Below the pieces are notes generated by a model that was not told the origin of the DNA, did not search any database, and was given only the letters and a program-made list of their open reading frames with translations. Both the position numbers and the translations under genes were made by a program. Below, piece by piece: positions 1-10,789 of a stretch of 64,000 bases of DNA; the first letter of the stretch is position 1, and the number at the start of each line of letters is the position of its first letter. Source of the stretch: Limisphaerales bacterium (GTDB taxonomy: Bacteria > Verrucomicrobiota > Verrucomicrobiia > Limisphaerales > AAA164-E04). The stretch is from the NCBI GenBank assembly GCA_965203425.1, contig OZ241891.1, forward strand, positions 1,775,127 to 1,839,126, in the 5' to 3' direction.

Positions 1-379
1 CAGAAGTCATGTTATGACGCAATTGAAAACCGAAAGTAACCGAGTAGATGAAGAGCTCCTGAGAAAATGGCGACGCGATTTGGTGCAATTTCCGCCGGTC
101 ATCAAGATCAATTCCAAAGGCAAAAACATCCTTGGGCATACTGCTCCGTTTCCTCGCGAGATACCCGCTTACGCTATACAGGCATTCAGCGGCGTGGGCG
201 AAACCGTTCTTGATCCATTCGCGGGCAGTTTCACCACTCCAATTGAAGCAACCCTGACCGGAAGACACGGGATTGGCATTGAACTCAACAAAGACTTGTT
301 CAGGAAAGCTATCATAACCAACGTCAGACAACATCTCTCCATGTTTGATGACCCGTGGCTGGAGTACGACTATGCCTGA
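1..379 (+). CDS. DNA methyltransferase (N4/N6 amino-MTase), C-terminal part; the 5' end lies outside the window
   Basis: The reading frame is open from base 2. It contains HTAPFPREIP and the AdoMet motif VLDPFAGSFTT typical of N4/N6 MTases. Its stop overlaps the next ORF start by 8 nt. Confidence 0.75.
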   Translation, partial: RSHVMTQLKTESNRVDEELLRKWRRDLVQFPPVIKINSKGKNILGHTAPFPREIPAYAIQAFSGVGETVLDPFAGSFTTPIEATLTGRHGIGIELNKDLFRKAIITNVRQHLSMFDDPWLEYDYA

Positions 380-1010
380 GGATGAAGGCGGAGAGAAACG
401 AGTCATAGGACTCTACGGTGAGATGCGCCTCGCCATGGAGTTGCATCAGAGGGATTGGCAAGTTTATAGAGCATATATTGATGACAAGTTTGATTTTGTC
501 ATCATGAAGTGCTACTGCGATAGATGCAAAGATTTCACAACATCGTTGCGACGCAGAGCGGAGTACCGCGGAAGGAAGACCAATGTTGTCACCAATCTGT
601 GTGAAAAATACGGCGCGGACTCCATACGCATGTTAGTCAGATTCATTCAAGTCAAAACCTCAGAAGGCGTGAACAAAGGTAAACCACAGGAACGAGAATA
701 CAGTTTCCATCCTAAAATCCGATACCACCTGGCCGACGGACGCGTTTTTTACGTTTGGATTCAAGTATGGGACAAGGATAAGGTCAACTACTACATCTTT
801 AAGACCGAGGATGTAAAGAAATTCGATAACATCAGCCTCGACACATATCAGATGACCGACAATCAGAAGACAAATCTACGCATAGACCCTGAAGGGAAAG
901 TACTGACTGGGTCAAAATACAACACCGCCGAGGTGTTTCAGGAGTTCCTAAACAATTTCGATGTATTCGACGAACTGATTGAAGGTGATGATGAATGGAA
1001 ATGGATATAG
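372..1010 (+). CDS. putative PD-(D/E)xK restriction endonuclease partner of the upstream methyltransferase
   Basis: The ATG at 372 overlaps the MTase stop. The pattern GLYGE..A..L...W.VY....DDKFDFVIM ... FIQVKTS fits a D...(E/Q)xK nuclease core. A Cys-rich insert (CYCDRC...C) lies between the two core motifs. No search was run. Confidence 0.45.
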   Translation: MPEDEGGEKRVIGLYGEMRLAMELHQRDWQVYRAYIDDKFDFVIMKCYCDRCKDFTTSLRRRAEYRGRKTNVVTNLCEKYGADSIRMLVRFIQVKTSEGVNKGKPQEREYSFHPKIRYHLADGRVFYVWIQVWDKDKVNYYIFKTEDVKKFDNISLDTYQMTDNQKTNLRIDPEGKVLTGSKYNTAEVFQEFLNNFDVFDELIEGDDEWKWI

Positions 1011-1415
1011 ATTAAAAATCGTAACCATTTGTTTGCGGACGAGCATGCGGGATTGGAATCGATTCGGCGAACCTTGTTTTTCCTGCGGAGCACTTGGACT
1101 CAGGTTCAATGACGACAATCCGCGACATGCCGAATCCTTTGTATTCGAATCTGACTGCGCCTTGGGAATGAGAATCTCGATCTTTGACTCCCATCGTTTT
1201 TTCGTTCTTTTCGCTGTGGATTCCGGCCACCGTTTTGTTTGGCTTTGGTTTTGTCGAGCTTTCGTTTTCCACAAATTTGCCGACCGAACGGCGTTTTGGA
1301 TTCGCCGAAAGAAATTTAGCCGGACAACTTTTGGACAAATTTCTTTGTAACAAATGTTGCGTGGGCAGGGTCAAAGGATTAAAAATAGCCGGAAAATCTG
1401 AACTAAGGAAAAATT

Positions 1416-2933
1416 ATGTGGATTCCTAAATGGCAACGCGACCGCAAGATCGGATTGGAGTCGCCCGTCCCGACGCAACCCGTCTCCAACGAAGAGTACA
1501 TTCCCCGTCCGCAAAACAAACAGCAGCGGGAATGGGAACAGCACATTGACCAGATGGCCTCTCAGAAATCCAAGGCGCTTGGAATGTCCAAGCGGGATTT
1601 TCTCAAATCCTCGATGGGAATGGCCACCGCCTTTTACGCCAGCAACCTCGTTTATGGGCCTTTTTGGGACGTGGTCGAAGCCGAAACTCTGGAATCAGCC
1701 GCCTCCGAAGAGAAATTTCCCAAAGGCGAATACTTCGTGTTCGACGTGCAGACGCATTTTACCGACAGTATTCCCCTCGGCATTCGCCGATACGGCAACA
1801 GCATCCTCCAAGGCATGGGAGTCCGACTAGAAGACAGTCCCGACGAATACAGCTTTCCTAACTTTGTCAAAGAGATTTTCTTCGACAGCGAGACCAGCCT
1901 CGCCGTGGTTTCCGGCATTCCCGGCCGCGAAATCGACAAAGACAAGGCCGGCAACATCCTTGAGGGACGCGACCGACGCGGCGGCATTCTTCCCAGCTGG
2001 CTGATGTCCAAAGCCAAGAAGCAGCTCAACAAAATCGCCGGCGGCACCCGCGCCTTCTGCCAAGGCAATTGCGCTCCCAATCATTATTGGGACAAAGTCA
2101 AAAATCAGCCCGACTTCCCTGCTCTCTTTGACCAAATGGAACGAGAGATCAAACAATACGGCATCGATTCTTGGAAGTGGTACTGCCACACCGATCCCGG
2201 ACGCTCCGGCAACGGCTTTCGCATGGACGACGAAAAAATGGCCTATCCCTTCTATGAAAAATCCGCCGAATTGGGATTGAAAGTCATCAGCGTTCACAAA
2301 GGCTTTGCCGCGCAATCCCGCACGCTCGGCCACTTCGCCCATCCCGGCGATTTAGAAAAGGCCGCTCTGGATCACCCCGACTTTACCTTCATCGTCTATC
2401 ACAGCGCGCTGAAGCACGGCCCCAGCGAAGCCGAAGCCAAACATCCCGACTTCTTTGACCCCGAAACCGGCGACTTCCTTTGGCACGCCGACCTAATGAA
2501 AATCAAGAAGCGCCACCCAGAGATGGACAACGTCTACTGCGAAATCGGATCTTCCTTTGGTCTGACCGCCATTATTCATCCGCTTTTGTGCCAACACCTG
2601 ATTGGAAAGAACATTCAAACCTACGGCGCCGACCACGTCATTTGGGGAACCGACTGCCTCTGGTGGGGATCGCCCCAGTGGGTCATCGACGCCATGAAAC
2701 GCTTTCAAATCTCCGATGAACTTTGCGAAAAATTTGGCTACGCAAAAATCACCAAAGAAGACAAGGCAAAAATTTTCGGCCTCAACGCCGCCAAAATTTA
2801 CGGCGTCGATACCGCAAAGATCGAACTCCAACCGTTCCCAAAAGACACCCTCTCCCAACTTAAAACCGCATATCTGGAACAAGGCGGCGAGCGCGACAAC
2901 GCCGCTTACGGTTGGGTCCGCGCCGAGGCATAA
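1416..2933 (+). CDS. amidohydrolase-family metal-dependent hydrolase with a Tat-like (KR) signal
   Basis: 505-aa ORF with AAGGA upstream of the [19 protein letters not shown] resembles a Tat signal. FDVQTHF, VHKGF and WGTDC motifs are typical of amidohydrolase_2 TIM barrels. Confidence 0.7.
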   Translation: MWIPKWQRDRKIGLESPVPTQPVSNEEYIPRPQNKQQREWEQHIDQMASQKSKALGMSKRDFLKSSMGMATAFYASNLVYGPFWDVVEAETLESAASEEKFPKGEYFVFDVQTHFTDSIPLGIRRYGNSILQGMGVRLEDSPDEYSFPNFVKEIFFDSETSLAVVSGIPGREIDKDKAGNILEGRDRRGGILPSWLMSKAKKQLNKIAGGTRAFCQGNCAPNHYWDKVKNQPDFPALFDQMEREIKQYGIDSWKWYCHTDPGRSGNGFRMDDEKMAYPFYEKSAELGLKVISVHKGFAAQSRTLGHFAHPGDLEKAALDHPDFTFIVYHSALKHGPSEAEAKHPDFFDPETGDFLWHADLMKIKKRHPEMDNVYCEIGSSFGLTAIIHPLLCQHLIGKNIQTYGADHVIWGTDCLWWGSPQWVIDAMKRFQISDELCEKFGYAKITKEDKAKIFGLNAAKIYGVDTAKIELQPFPKDTLSQLKTAYLEQGGERDNAAYGWVRAEA

Positions 2934-2962
2934 ATCCTTTCACGCAAAAAGCAACTTTTAGA

Positions 2963-3991
2963 ATGCGCCCCGAGCGAATTGGCATCTTGCGTCTCTTTAT
3001 CCTTTCGGCACTTGCCTTAATCCTTCGGCAAACAATAGCCGAGGATCCGCCTCGCGCAAACGCGTTGACAACCGGAAATAGTCATGTTGGGAAGCCATTG
3101 CCCGATTACCTCACGGGAGACGAATGCCTCTTCTGCCACCGCAACACAGCGGGAGCCACTTGGAACATCGACGAACACCAAAGAACTTTGCGCCCAATCA
3201 CCGCGGTTCCGGAAATTGAGGCCATGTTGCGTTCCCATCCCAATTTGCAATCCTTCACCGATCAAGTTCACTTCCTACTCGGCAACAAGCGCCAAATCCG
3301 CCTGCTCAGAAAATCCGAAAAGTACGGCCGGCTGGACATTCTGTCCGCCATCCTGCAACCCAACCAAGCCGACGGGGCCCTCGCCCTAGTCAACCAAGAT
3401 CCTTTCCATTGGGATGAGAAAATCTTCGGGCAACAATGCGCCGGTTGCCATGCCACCGCCGTAAATTCTCGGACGCAGGCGTTTTCCGCCACGGGCATTG
3501 ATTGCTACGCTTGCCACGGCGTTGTGGATTTAAAACACGCCAAGGATACTTCGCTCGTTTTTCTTTCCCAAAAACGGAACGACTCGCCAAGCGTGATTGC
3601 CTCCACTTGCGGCCAATGCCACATTCGAACCGGCCAATCCAAAGCCTCTGGCTTGCCCTACGCCAACAACCACGTCGTCGGCGACAATCTCTTTGCCGAC
3701 TTTGACGTCGACCTTTCCCCAGAAGCCTTGGCAGCGGCTCCGCCGAGAGAACGGCATATTTTGGCGAACATACGCGATAGCCTGCATTCCCAAAAACAGC
3801 CGGAAAGAAACGGAGAAACAGCGGCCAAACAAAGCACAACCTGTCTCTCCTGCCACAACATCCACCGCGCCTCCGTAAAAAAACACCGCAAGATCCCTCC
3901 GTCGGACTATTGCCACATTTGCCACCAACCTCCCGACATGGAATTAACCTACAACCGCAAAGAAAAACACCACGCACTCTGCGGCTATTGA
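2963..3991 (+). CDS. multiheme c-type cytochrome (six CxxCH motifs), secreted
   Basis: Heme motifs: CLFCH, CAGCH, CYACH, CGQCH, CLSCH, CHICH. Hydrophobic N-terminus [13 protein letters not shown]. The start was chosen at the internal Met of ORF 2912..3991. Confidence 0.8.
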   Translation: MRPERIGILRLFILSALALILRQTIAEDPPRANALTTGNSHVGKPLPDYLTGDECLFCHRNTAGATWNIDEHQRTLRPITAVPEIEAMLRSHPNLQSFTDQVHFLLGNKRQIRLLRKSEKYGRLDILSAILQPNQADGALALVNQDPFHWDEKIFGQQCAGCHATAVNSRTQAFSATGIDCYACHGVVDLKHAKDTSLVFLSQKRNDSPSVIASTCGQCHIRTGQSKASGLPYANNHVVGDNLFADFDVDLSPEALAAAPPRERHILANIRDSLHSQKQPERNGETAAKQSTTCLSCHNIHRASVKKHRKIPPSDYCHICHQPPDMELTYNRKEKHHALCGY

Positions 3992-4002
3992 CCCATTTTT
4001 AT

Positions 4003-4272
4003 ATGACTGCCACAAACGAACCCAACTACGAGAAACCGCCTTTCGCCGCGGACATGGACGAAACGGACATCAACGTCCGCGCCTACTTCTCCCGCTTCTC
4101 CGACGACAAACTCCGCGAATACAACCCGGATTGGTCAGACGAACAAATCATCCAATGGGACGGCAATTTCCGCTCCGACGGCGCCTTAATGCTGGTCTGT
4201 TGCGAACGCGACGTCGAAATCGAAGAATACCGACGCATCCTCGAAGAACACATCCAGCTGCGCAAACTCTAA
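4003..4272 (+). CDS. hypothetical small acidic protein
   Basis: 89-codon ORF starting [11 protein letters not shown], between the cytochrome and the sulfatase. No recognisable motif. Confidence 0.35.
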   Translation: MTATNEPNYEKPPFAADMDETDINVRAYFSRFSDDKLREYNPDWSDEQIIQWDGNFRSDGALMLVCCERDVEIEEYRRILEEHIQLRKL

Positions 4273-4410
4273 GCCGCCTTTGCCGACAAGGAGAAAACCC
4301 CACAAACGTCCCGCGCCTTCTGCGGCCTTGCGGAAATTGGTGTCAGCGGATATTGAGTCTTGCCCTTTTGATTCGTCTCGCTTAAAGTTTTCCCAACTCA
4401 TTTTTAATTT

Positions 4411-6027
4411 ATGAAACATCATTTTATCGCTCTGTTCGCCGCCGTATCGACGATAACTTTCCCAGCGCACGCCAAGGAAGCTCGTCCGAACATTCTATTT
4501 GTTTTCACCGACGACCACGCCACGCACGCCATCGGCGCCTACAATGGCTGGTTGAAATCGGTAAACCCCACGCCCAACATCGACCGCTTGGCCAATGAAG
4601 GAATGCTGTTTGAAAACAGTTTCTGCTCCAACTCCATCTGCGGTCCCAGCCGAGCCGTCATCCTCTCCGGCAAGCACAGCCACAAAAACGGTTTCATGAA
4701 CAACGGCAACACCTTCGACTGGAACCAGCAGATATTCCCCAAACTCCTCCAAACCGCCGGCTACCAAACCGCCATTTACGGCAAAAGCCACCTCAAAGGC
4801 CGCCCTCAAGGATTCGATCACTGGGCAGTGCTACCCGGACAAGGACTCTACTATAATCCCGACTTGATATTCCCCGACGGACGCCGCCGCATCGACGGCC
4901 ACTGCACAGACGTCGTGACCGATCTGGCCGTCCAATGGCTTCAGGAAAAACGCCAAGCCGACAAACCGTTCATGCTTATGGTACAGCACAAAGCGCCGCA
5001 CCGAAACTGGATGCCCGCGCTCCGCCACCTCCGCCTTTACGACGACATAGAAATCCCGGAACCGCCAACCCTCTTTGACCAATGGAAAGACAACGCGCCC
5101 GGCGCCCAATATCAAGAATTAGAAATCGACCGACACATGGACTTGAACTACGACCTCTTCGTTGACTTGACGCCGGAATTCAACCAAGCGCCCTCGCAAA
5201 TACGTCAAGACCGCGGGGCATGGCACAACATGAAGCGCATGACGCCCCGCCAACTCAAAGATTGGCGAGCCGCCTACGGCCCCAAAGACGCCGCCTTCCA
5301 CAAAGCCAATCTCGCAGGCAAAGAACTCGTGCGCTGGAAATTTCAACGTTACGCCAAAAACTACTTGCGCTGCGTCAAAGGCATAGACGAAAGCCTGGGA
5401 CGCCTTCGCGCCGCATTGAAAGAACTCGGACTCGACAAAAACACCGTAGTCATCTACAGCTCCGACCAAGGCTTCTATATCGGCGATCACGGCTGGTACG
5501 ACAAACGCTGGATGTACGAAGAATCCCTGAAAATGCCCTTCATCGTCCAATGGCCGGGCGTCACAGCGCCGGGTTCCCGCAATACTCATCTAATCCAAAA
5601 CTTGGACTACGCCGAAACTTTCCTTGAACTGGCGGGCGCGCCCATCCCCGACGACATGCAAGGACGCTCGCTTGTCCCATTACTGCAGGGCAAATCGCCG
5701 GCCAATTGGCGGCGGAGCATCTACTATCACTACTACGAATATCCCAGCTATCACATGGTGCCGCGTCACTACGGCATCCGAACCGGACGCCACAAGCTCA
5801 TGCACTTCTACCAATTCGGCGACGAATGGGAACTCTACGACCTCCAAACCGATCCAGACGAACTCCACAACCTCTACGGCCAACCTGAACAAGCCCGCCT
5901 CACCGCTCAATTGAAACAACAACTCGTCACCCTTCAGCAATACTACGAAGACGACAGCGACATTTCGGAAAAACCCGACTCTTGGAAAGCCCAAATGCGC
6001 CGCCAAAATGGATCGGCACGGTTCTAA
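4411..6027 (+). CDS. sulfatase (formylglycine-dependent arylsulfatase family), secreted
   Basis: Signal peptide MKHHFIALFAAVSTITFPAHA. NILFVFTDDH motif and canonical C-x-P-x-R in SICGPSRAVILSGK. Confidence 0.9.
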   Translation: MKHHFIALFAAVSTITFPAHAKEARPNILFVFTDDHATHAIGAYNGWLKSVNPTPNIDRLANEGMLFENSFCSNSICGPSRAVILSGKHSHKNGFMNNGNTFDWNQQIFPKLLQTAGYQTAIYGKSHLKGRPQGFDHWAVLPGQGLYYNPDLIFPDGRRRIDGHCTDVVTDLAVQWLQEKRQADKPFMLMVQHKAPHRNWMPALRHLRLYDDIEIPEPPTLFDQWKDNAPGAQYQELEIDRHMDLNYDLFVDLTPEFNQAPSQIRQDRGAWHNMKRMTPRQLKDWRAAYGPKDAAFHKANLAGKELVRWKFQRYAKNYLRCVKGIDESLGRLRAALKELGLDKNTVVIYSSDQGFYIGDHGWYDKRWMYEESLKMPFIVQWPGVTAPGSRNTHLIQNLDYAETFLELAGAPIPDDMQGRSLVPLLQGKSPANWRRSIYYHYYEYPSYHMVPRHYGIRTGRHKLMHFYQFGDEWELYDLQTDPDELHNLYGQPEQARLTAQLKQQLVTLQQYYEDDSDISEKPDSWKAQMRRQNGSARF

Positions 6028-6161
6028 TAAAAAAGCGAATCGCCTTTATGGAAACAGCGAATTTGTGGATCTCGTTTTTGTTGGGCATTGCAAGTCCTTC
6101 GTCCGCAAGACTAATGTGACGCGCCGAGCGGAAACGACTCGGAATCGTATCGAACGAAACA

Positions 6162-7783
6162 ATGACATCTGCGCAAAAAGAACGAAAAGCAGCAATGCAA
6201 ACCTCGTCGGTGTATTACGGCGATTGCTTGAAACACTTGATGCAATGGAACAACTGGAATCGCTGGGACGAAAACAATAACGCCCGCCTCAAAATGGATC
6301 GGAAGTTGACCGATTTGATTTATCTCGACCCGCCGTGGAACAGCGACACCTACTACAACATCACCTACGAAACAGCCGACAACAAAGCCAAAGGCAACAC
6401 CGCCCAATCCACCGTGTTCACCGATGTCTGGGAATGGGGCGACGCCCCCGAAGAACGCCTCAAACGGCTCACCAAAGACTACATTAGCCCGAACGACCCT
6501 TTCTATCCCCTGCTCCGCGCCCGCGACTGCATCGCCGGATTAGAACAGATTCTCGGCCGCCACAGCATGCTGGCTTACCTCACTTACATGGCCGAACGAT
6601 TAGCCATGTGCCGCGAACTATTGAAAGACACCGGCAGCATCTATCTCCACTGCGATCCAACCGCCGGCCATTACTTGAAAACGCTGATGGACGCTATCTT
6701 CGACAAAGAAAACTACCGCAATGATATTGTTTGGTCTTACCGGACTGGCGGCGCGAGCAAAAAACATTTCTCCCGCAAGCACGAATACATCTTCTTTTAC
6801 TGCAAAAATCATAAGGCGAATCCAACTTTTAATCCGCAAATGGAGAAATCCTACACGAAGGCAAAGGGACGAAAACCGGGCAAAATCAATTACGGGGGGG
6901 AGAGACAGAATTCTACGAAGATGAGAATGGCGTTTTCAATTTGGTATATGCCCGCGCGGTTTGGGAAATGTCGTATATTGGATCGACAGATCCAGAGAGG
7001 CGCGGCTACCGCACGCAGAAGCCGTTGAAGTTATTGAAACGCATTATTGAGGCCAGCACGAATGAAGGGGATGTGGTGTTAGACCCGTTTTGCGGTTGCG
7101 GACCGGCGGTGGTTGGAGCGCATCAATTGAAGCGCAAGTTCATCGGCATCGATATTTCTCTCTTTACCGTCCAAAGCGTTGTCCGAGTGTGGCTGGAAGA
7201 GATTGGATTAGGCGGCATTCGCATTGCGGGCATCCCCGAAGATTTGGCGAGCGCAAGGCAGTTGGCAGTGGACGATCCGTTTGCGTTTGAAAGCTTTGCG
7301 ATTGAGCTGTGTCATCCCGCATTCGTCGCCAATAAAGAACAGCGCCAAGACGGCGGCACAGACGGCAAAGGCGTTCTGCTGCAGCCAGTCCAAGAGAACG
7401 GGAAATGGAAGAATATCGTGCTAGTGCAGGTCAAAGGAGGCAAGAATCCGCCGAGCAAAGATAAGGTGGAGGCGTTTGCGAGAAGGATTGAGAAGACAGA
7501 GGGCGTGATTTGCGGGGTGTTTATTACGGTGGAGGAGAAGCATTGGACGCGGGAGATGAAGAAGATTGCGAGGGAGATGGGCAAGTTCAAATATCCGCAT
7601 TCGTCGACCAAATATCCGCGCTTGCAACATTGGCACATCAAACGGGCCGATTTGCGGAACAAGGAAGAGACGCTGTTTGAAGGCTTGCCGAATTTGCCGG
7701 AGTTGATGGGCTTGGATAAGAAGGCGTTAATTCCGCGCCAAGCCGATTTTGCTTATTGGAAACCCACCGAAGAGGAAGATTAA
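6162..7783 (+). pseudogene. N4/N6 DNA methyltransferase fused to a C-terminal Mrr-like restriction-endonuclease domain, split by a frameshift at a G7 tract
   Basis: ORF 6162..7028 carries LIYLDPPWNSD (motif IV). ORF 6941..7783 carries RGYRTQKP, VLDPFCGCG (motif I) and then GTDGKG...LVQVKGG (nuclease-like). Reading 8 G instead of 7 at 6894-6900 joins them as ...NYGGGETEFYEDENGVFNLVYARAVW... Confidence 0.8.
6894..6900 (+). repeat. G7 homopolymer at the frameshift point of the methyltransferase gene
   Basis: tacGGGGGGGagag was read directly. The frame changes exactly here. Confidence 0.9.
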
Positions 7784-7904
7784 AAATGAGCCATTCTGTC
7801 TTTACGCACATAGCGCGCGGCGATTGCGGGGGTTTGAATTTTTCAAAGAGACGCAAGAGCGCCCTCATACCGATCCAGATAAAATTCGGCCTTGTTGTGT
7901 GTTG

Positions 7905-9359
7905 TTAGAAGTTTAGCGTTATGCTGGCAAGGGCGGCGGAGCTTGGATCGGCGCGTTGTTGAAGTGATTGGACGATTTCCTGCGCGGAGCGGTTGACTTT
8001 GCCGTGAAATTGTTCTTTGCCGTTGACGATGACGGTTATTGGATAGTCAAGGTTCACGAGCGAATCAGAAAGGCGCACGATGAGTTGCGGCGTGTTTTCA
8101 GCGGTGATGCGGATCGTTTGGCCATCGACTTCGGCGGTGAGCTTTTGGCCTTTGGCTAAATGTTGTTTGGGGATTTGCAGCCAGTAAAATCGGGAGGTGA
8201 TGCCTTTGGCCTGTCGCCAAATGATTTTCTTCGGCCAAGGGTTGCGGCGGAATTGAGACATCCACGGAAGGGCTTCGGCGTCTTTTCGGTTCATCCAGTG
8301 TCCCATTTCGGGGTAGATGCGCACAAGGTGCGGGTATCCGTTTGGATCGTTTTGGCGCAGGTTGAACAACATCTCTTTCCATTTGGCCGCGATTTGGTTG
8401 CGTTTGTATGCGCTGTCTTTGCCGCCCACGAATAAACCAAAGCCGATGTTGCGCAAGTTGTCGGGTTCGGCATCGTTGGGATGTCCGGCCATCATGGAGG
8501 CCGCCGCCCAGCGATCCGCCATACGAGTTGCGAGTTGATAGACGCCATCGCCTCCTGCGGAGTAGCCCATTAGGTAAACGCGGTTGGGATTGACGCCGCG
8601 CGCCGCCGTGTAGTTTTCAATCAATCGATCAAACAGGCCGTCGATGTGCGGCTGGTGCCATAGATTCCAAGTATCGGTGGGAGCTCTGGGCGCGATGTAA
8701 AATCCTTCGGCCGGTTGGTAGAGCTGAATTTGATTTTTCCATTGGCTGTCGTTCACTTCCGGCGGGGCGCCTCCACCGCCGTGCATGGATATCCACAAGG
8801 AACGTTCTCCTTTCGGCGCACGGCCAAAGGCTTTTTCAAGGTAGCGCAGCGTTTTGTCTCCGATTTGAATGGACTGCGATTTGATTTCGGCAGCCCGCTC
8901 TGCAGCGATGCGCTTGCGGCAATCTGCCCAAAGCAAATCAATGGCTGTTTGCGCTTCGGCTTGGGAAAGGTTGTCTTTGTTCCAATCAGCCAGAAGAGCG
9001 GCGAGAGCTTTTTGTTCGTCGCCGTCGCCTTGCTCCACCGGAGAATCTGCGAGAGTGCAAAGAAATCGACGACTTTGAAAGAAGATCGGATTTCTCGACA
9101 AGGTTGAAAAACCGACGTCAGAATCATCCAGTTTGACTTTCCCTTGAAGGCCTTTTTGGTTCTTGCTCCATTCCGGCAGCGGCATTGTAGTTGGCGAAAC
9201 GCCGTTGGCTTCTAGACCTTGCCGTTGATGCCGGTTTTGGATAATGGACTCATCCAACGCCCCCGCCCGAATCCAGCTTAGGAGACAGAGATAACCAACG
9301 CCGGAAAACAACGTGAGCTTGGGAAAGATGGCGAATTGTGATGGGAAAACACTGCGCAT
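7905..9359 (-). CDS. secreted alpha/beta-hydrolase (esterase / peptidase S9-like)
   Basis: GxSxG nucleophile elbow in YLMGYSAGGDG. Hydrophobic N-terminus after the internal Met (MRSVFPSQFAIFPKLTLFSGVGYLCLL). Confidence 0.65.
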   Translation of the reverse strand: MRSVFPSQFAIFPKLTLFSGVGYLCLLSWIRAGALDESIIQNRHQRQGLEANGVSPTTMPLPEWSKNQKGLQGKVKLDDSDVGFSTLSRNPIFFQSRRFLCTLADSPVEQGDGDEQKALAALLADWNKDNLSQAEAQTAIDLLWADCRKRIAAERAAEIKSQSIQIGDKTLRYLEKAFGRAPKGERSLWISMHGGGGAPPEVNDSQWKNQIQLYQPAEGFYIAPRAPTDTWNLWHQPHIDGLFDRLIENYTAARGVNPNRVYLMGYSAGGDGVYQLATRMADRWAAASMMAGHPNDAEPDNLRNIGFGLFVGGKDSAYKRNQIAAKWKEMLFNLRQNDPNGYPHLVRIYPEMGHWMNRKDAEALPWMSQFRRNPWPKKIIWRQAKGITSRFYWLQIPKQHLAKGQKLTAEVDGQTIRITAENTPQLIVRLSDSLVNLDYPITVIVNGKEQFHGKVNRSAQEIVQSLQQRADPSSAALASITLNF

Positions 9360-9429
9360 ATTTTTTATTTTGTTTATTCCTTCTGTTGCAAAAGTCTTGG
9401 CTGAGGATCTGGATTTCGGAGAGCCCATT

Positions 9430-9916
9430 CCTCGACGGCCGGGAACGGAAAAGGTTCGTTTCGGGATCGTCGATAAATCGTTCGCAAACTGATCCTATTC
9501 TTAACTTGCGTTTCAAAATCCAAGCAATCGCCGCCGCATGACAAGTGATGTGAGAGCGGCGCATCACTTCGGCGTGGGCCGCGGGGAAAGCCTCGAGTAG
9601 TGCGGATGTTGTCGAAAAAATCGCGAGAATGCGAGGCAACGTCGAGGCCTCGTTCCCGTGTCAATTCGTTTTGAAGAGAATTCAGGAGAGACTTTGGTTC
9701 TCCTTCGATCTGGCCGCTATCGCCGGTTTCTACCCAACCCGCCGCGCCGACAAATCGAACCGGGCAAGTTCCAAACCTTGTGATGTAATGCGGCGAACGA
9801 TCTCCGAACGGCTCTTTCAGAAAATCAAGCACCAGCCGCACTTCATTGGCGTAACGGCAGACTACATTTTCCGCAGTCGGCTCATATTCCGCAGGCATCG
9901 TCTCTTCCGAAATCAA
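9430..9916 (-). pseudogene. C-terminal fragment of a Gfo/Idh/MocA-type oxidoreductase, frameshifted and lacking the Rossmann domain
   Basis: ...HSRDFFDNIRTTRG in ORF 9374..9916 continues in another frame (ORF 9250..9639) as AHAEVMRRSHITCHAAAIAWILKRKLRI...ERFIDDPETNLFRSRP. This is the typical C-terminal signature of the family. No N-terminal half lies upstream. Confidence 0.5.
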
Positions 9917-10295
9917 TCACGGGATGACAATAAGCCAATCCCCGCCCAAGAAAAAGAGAAACTAAAAACCGCTATTTCAAGGGGATTTTTCAATCTAGGA
10001 TTTGTAATAATTGACTACCAGAGTGCAACTACCAGCCGCTATCAGTATTTTGTCGATAACATCCAGTTGGGAAGCCTCCAGATAATGCCAACTAACAGGC
10101 CAAGCCAAATGCCAAGCTCGGATTGCAAGCAGACCAAAAAGACACGCAAAAATACTCCAAATTCCGAGAATAAAAATTATATTCAGATTTTCTCTGCTTT
10201 TCTCAATTCGCTTTTCATCGCCGGTTAATCCTTCGTCAATATCTTCCTTGCCTTTGCCGCTAGGTTTTTCCGTTTTTGTCTTTCCAAGAATTTTT

Positions 10296-10789
10296 CTAAT
10301 CTTCTTTGGTTCTTGCGATATAGTAATCTCTAATATCTCCTTTAGGTATCACAACTCCAAAACTATCCTGATTCTTGCCATCGACCCATGTTTTGTACCA
10401 AGGCGATCCTTTTTCGTGCGTCAATTCGGACAGTTGCCACGGCGTCCAATCACGGTAAAATTCCCAAATCTCGTCCAAAAACTCGATTGTATCATTGTCG
10501 GCCATATCTTCGAGAGTCTTCATTTTCGCCTCGATTCCCGTCTTCGCCTCGTCTTTGATGGGACGTTTGCCGTATCCCTTGAAAGCATCATAAACGCCTC
10601 GGACAACGGGTCCGTGCTTCCCTCAACATCTTCTCGAATCAAAGGTCGGTCTATCCCGTAAAGCCCAAGATGCCAGCCGTGCGCCAGATAAACGAGTTTG
10701 ATGAGTTTCAAAATGCCTATCTCTTGCTTTGCTTCCCTTGCCCGTTCGACAAAGTAATTCGCAACGACAATTGCGGGGAAATCTTTCAT
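10296..10789 (-). pseudogene. Panacea / DUF4065 (SocA-GepA-like antitoxin-type) domain protein, frameshifted near 10620
   Basis: MKDFPAIVVANYFVERA...ILKLIKLVYLAHGWHLGLYG...EDVEG is followed, in another frame, by KHGPVVRGVYDAFKGYGKRPIK...MKTLEDMADNDTIEFLDEIWEFY. Joined, these give the DUF4065 hallmark (W/K)xGPVV..VY..FK.YG. Confidence 0.6.

Noticed and set aside
1012-1374. 120-aa minus-strand ORF in the 405-nt gap after the putative restriction enzyme
   Set aside because: It has no recognisable motif, no clear ribosome-binding site, and overlaps ORFs in several frames. It could be a gene remnant, but I cannot support a call.
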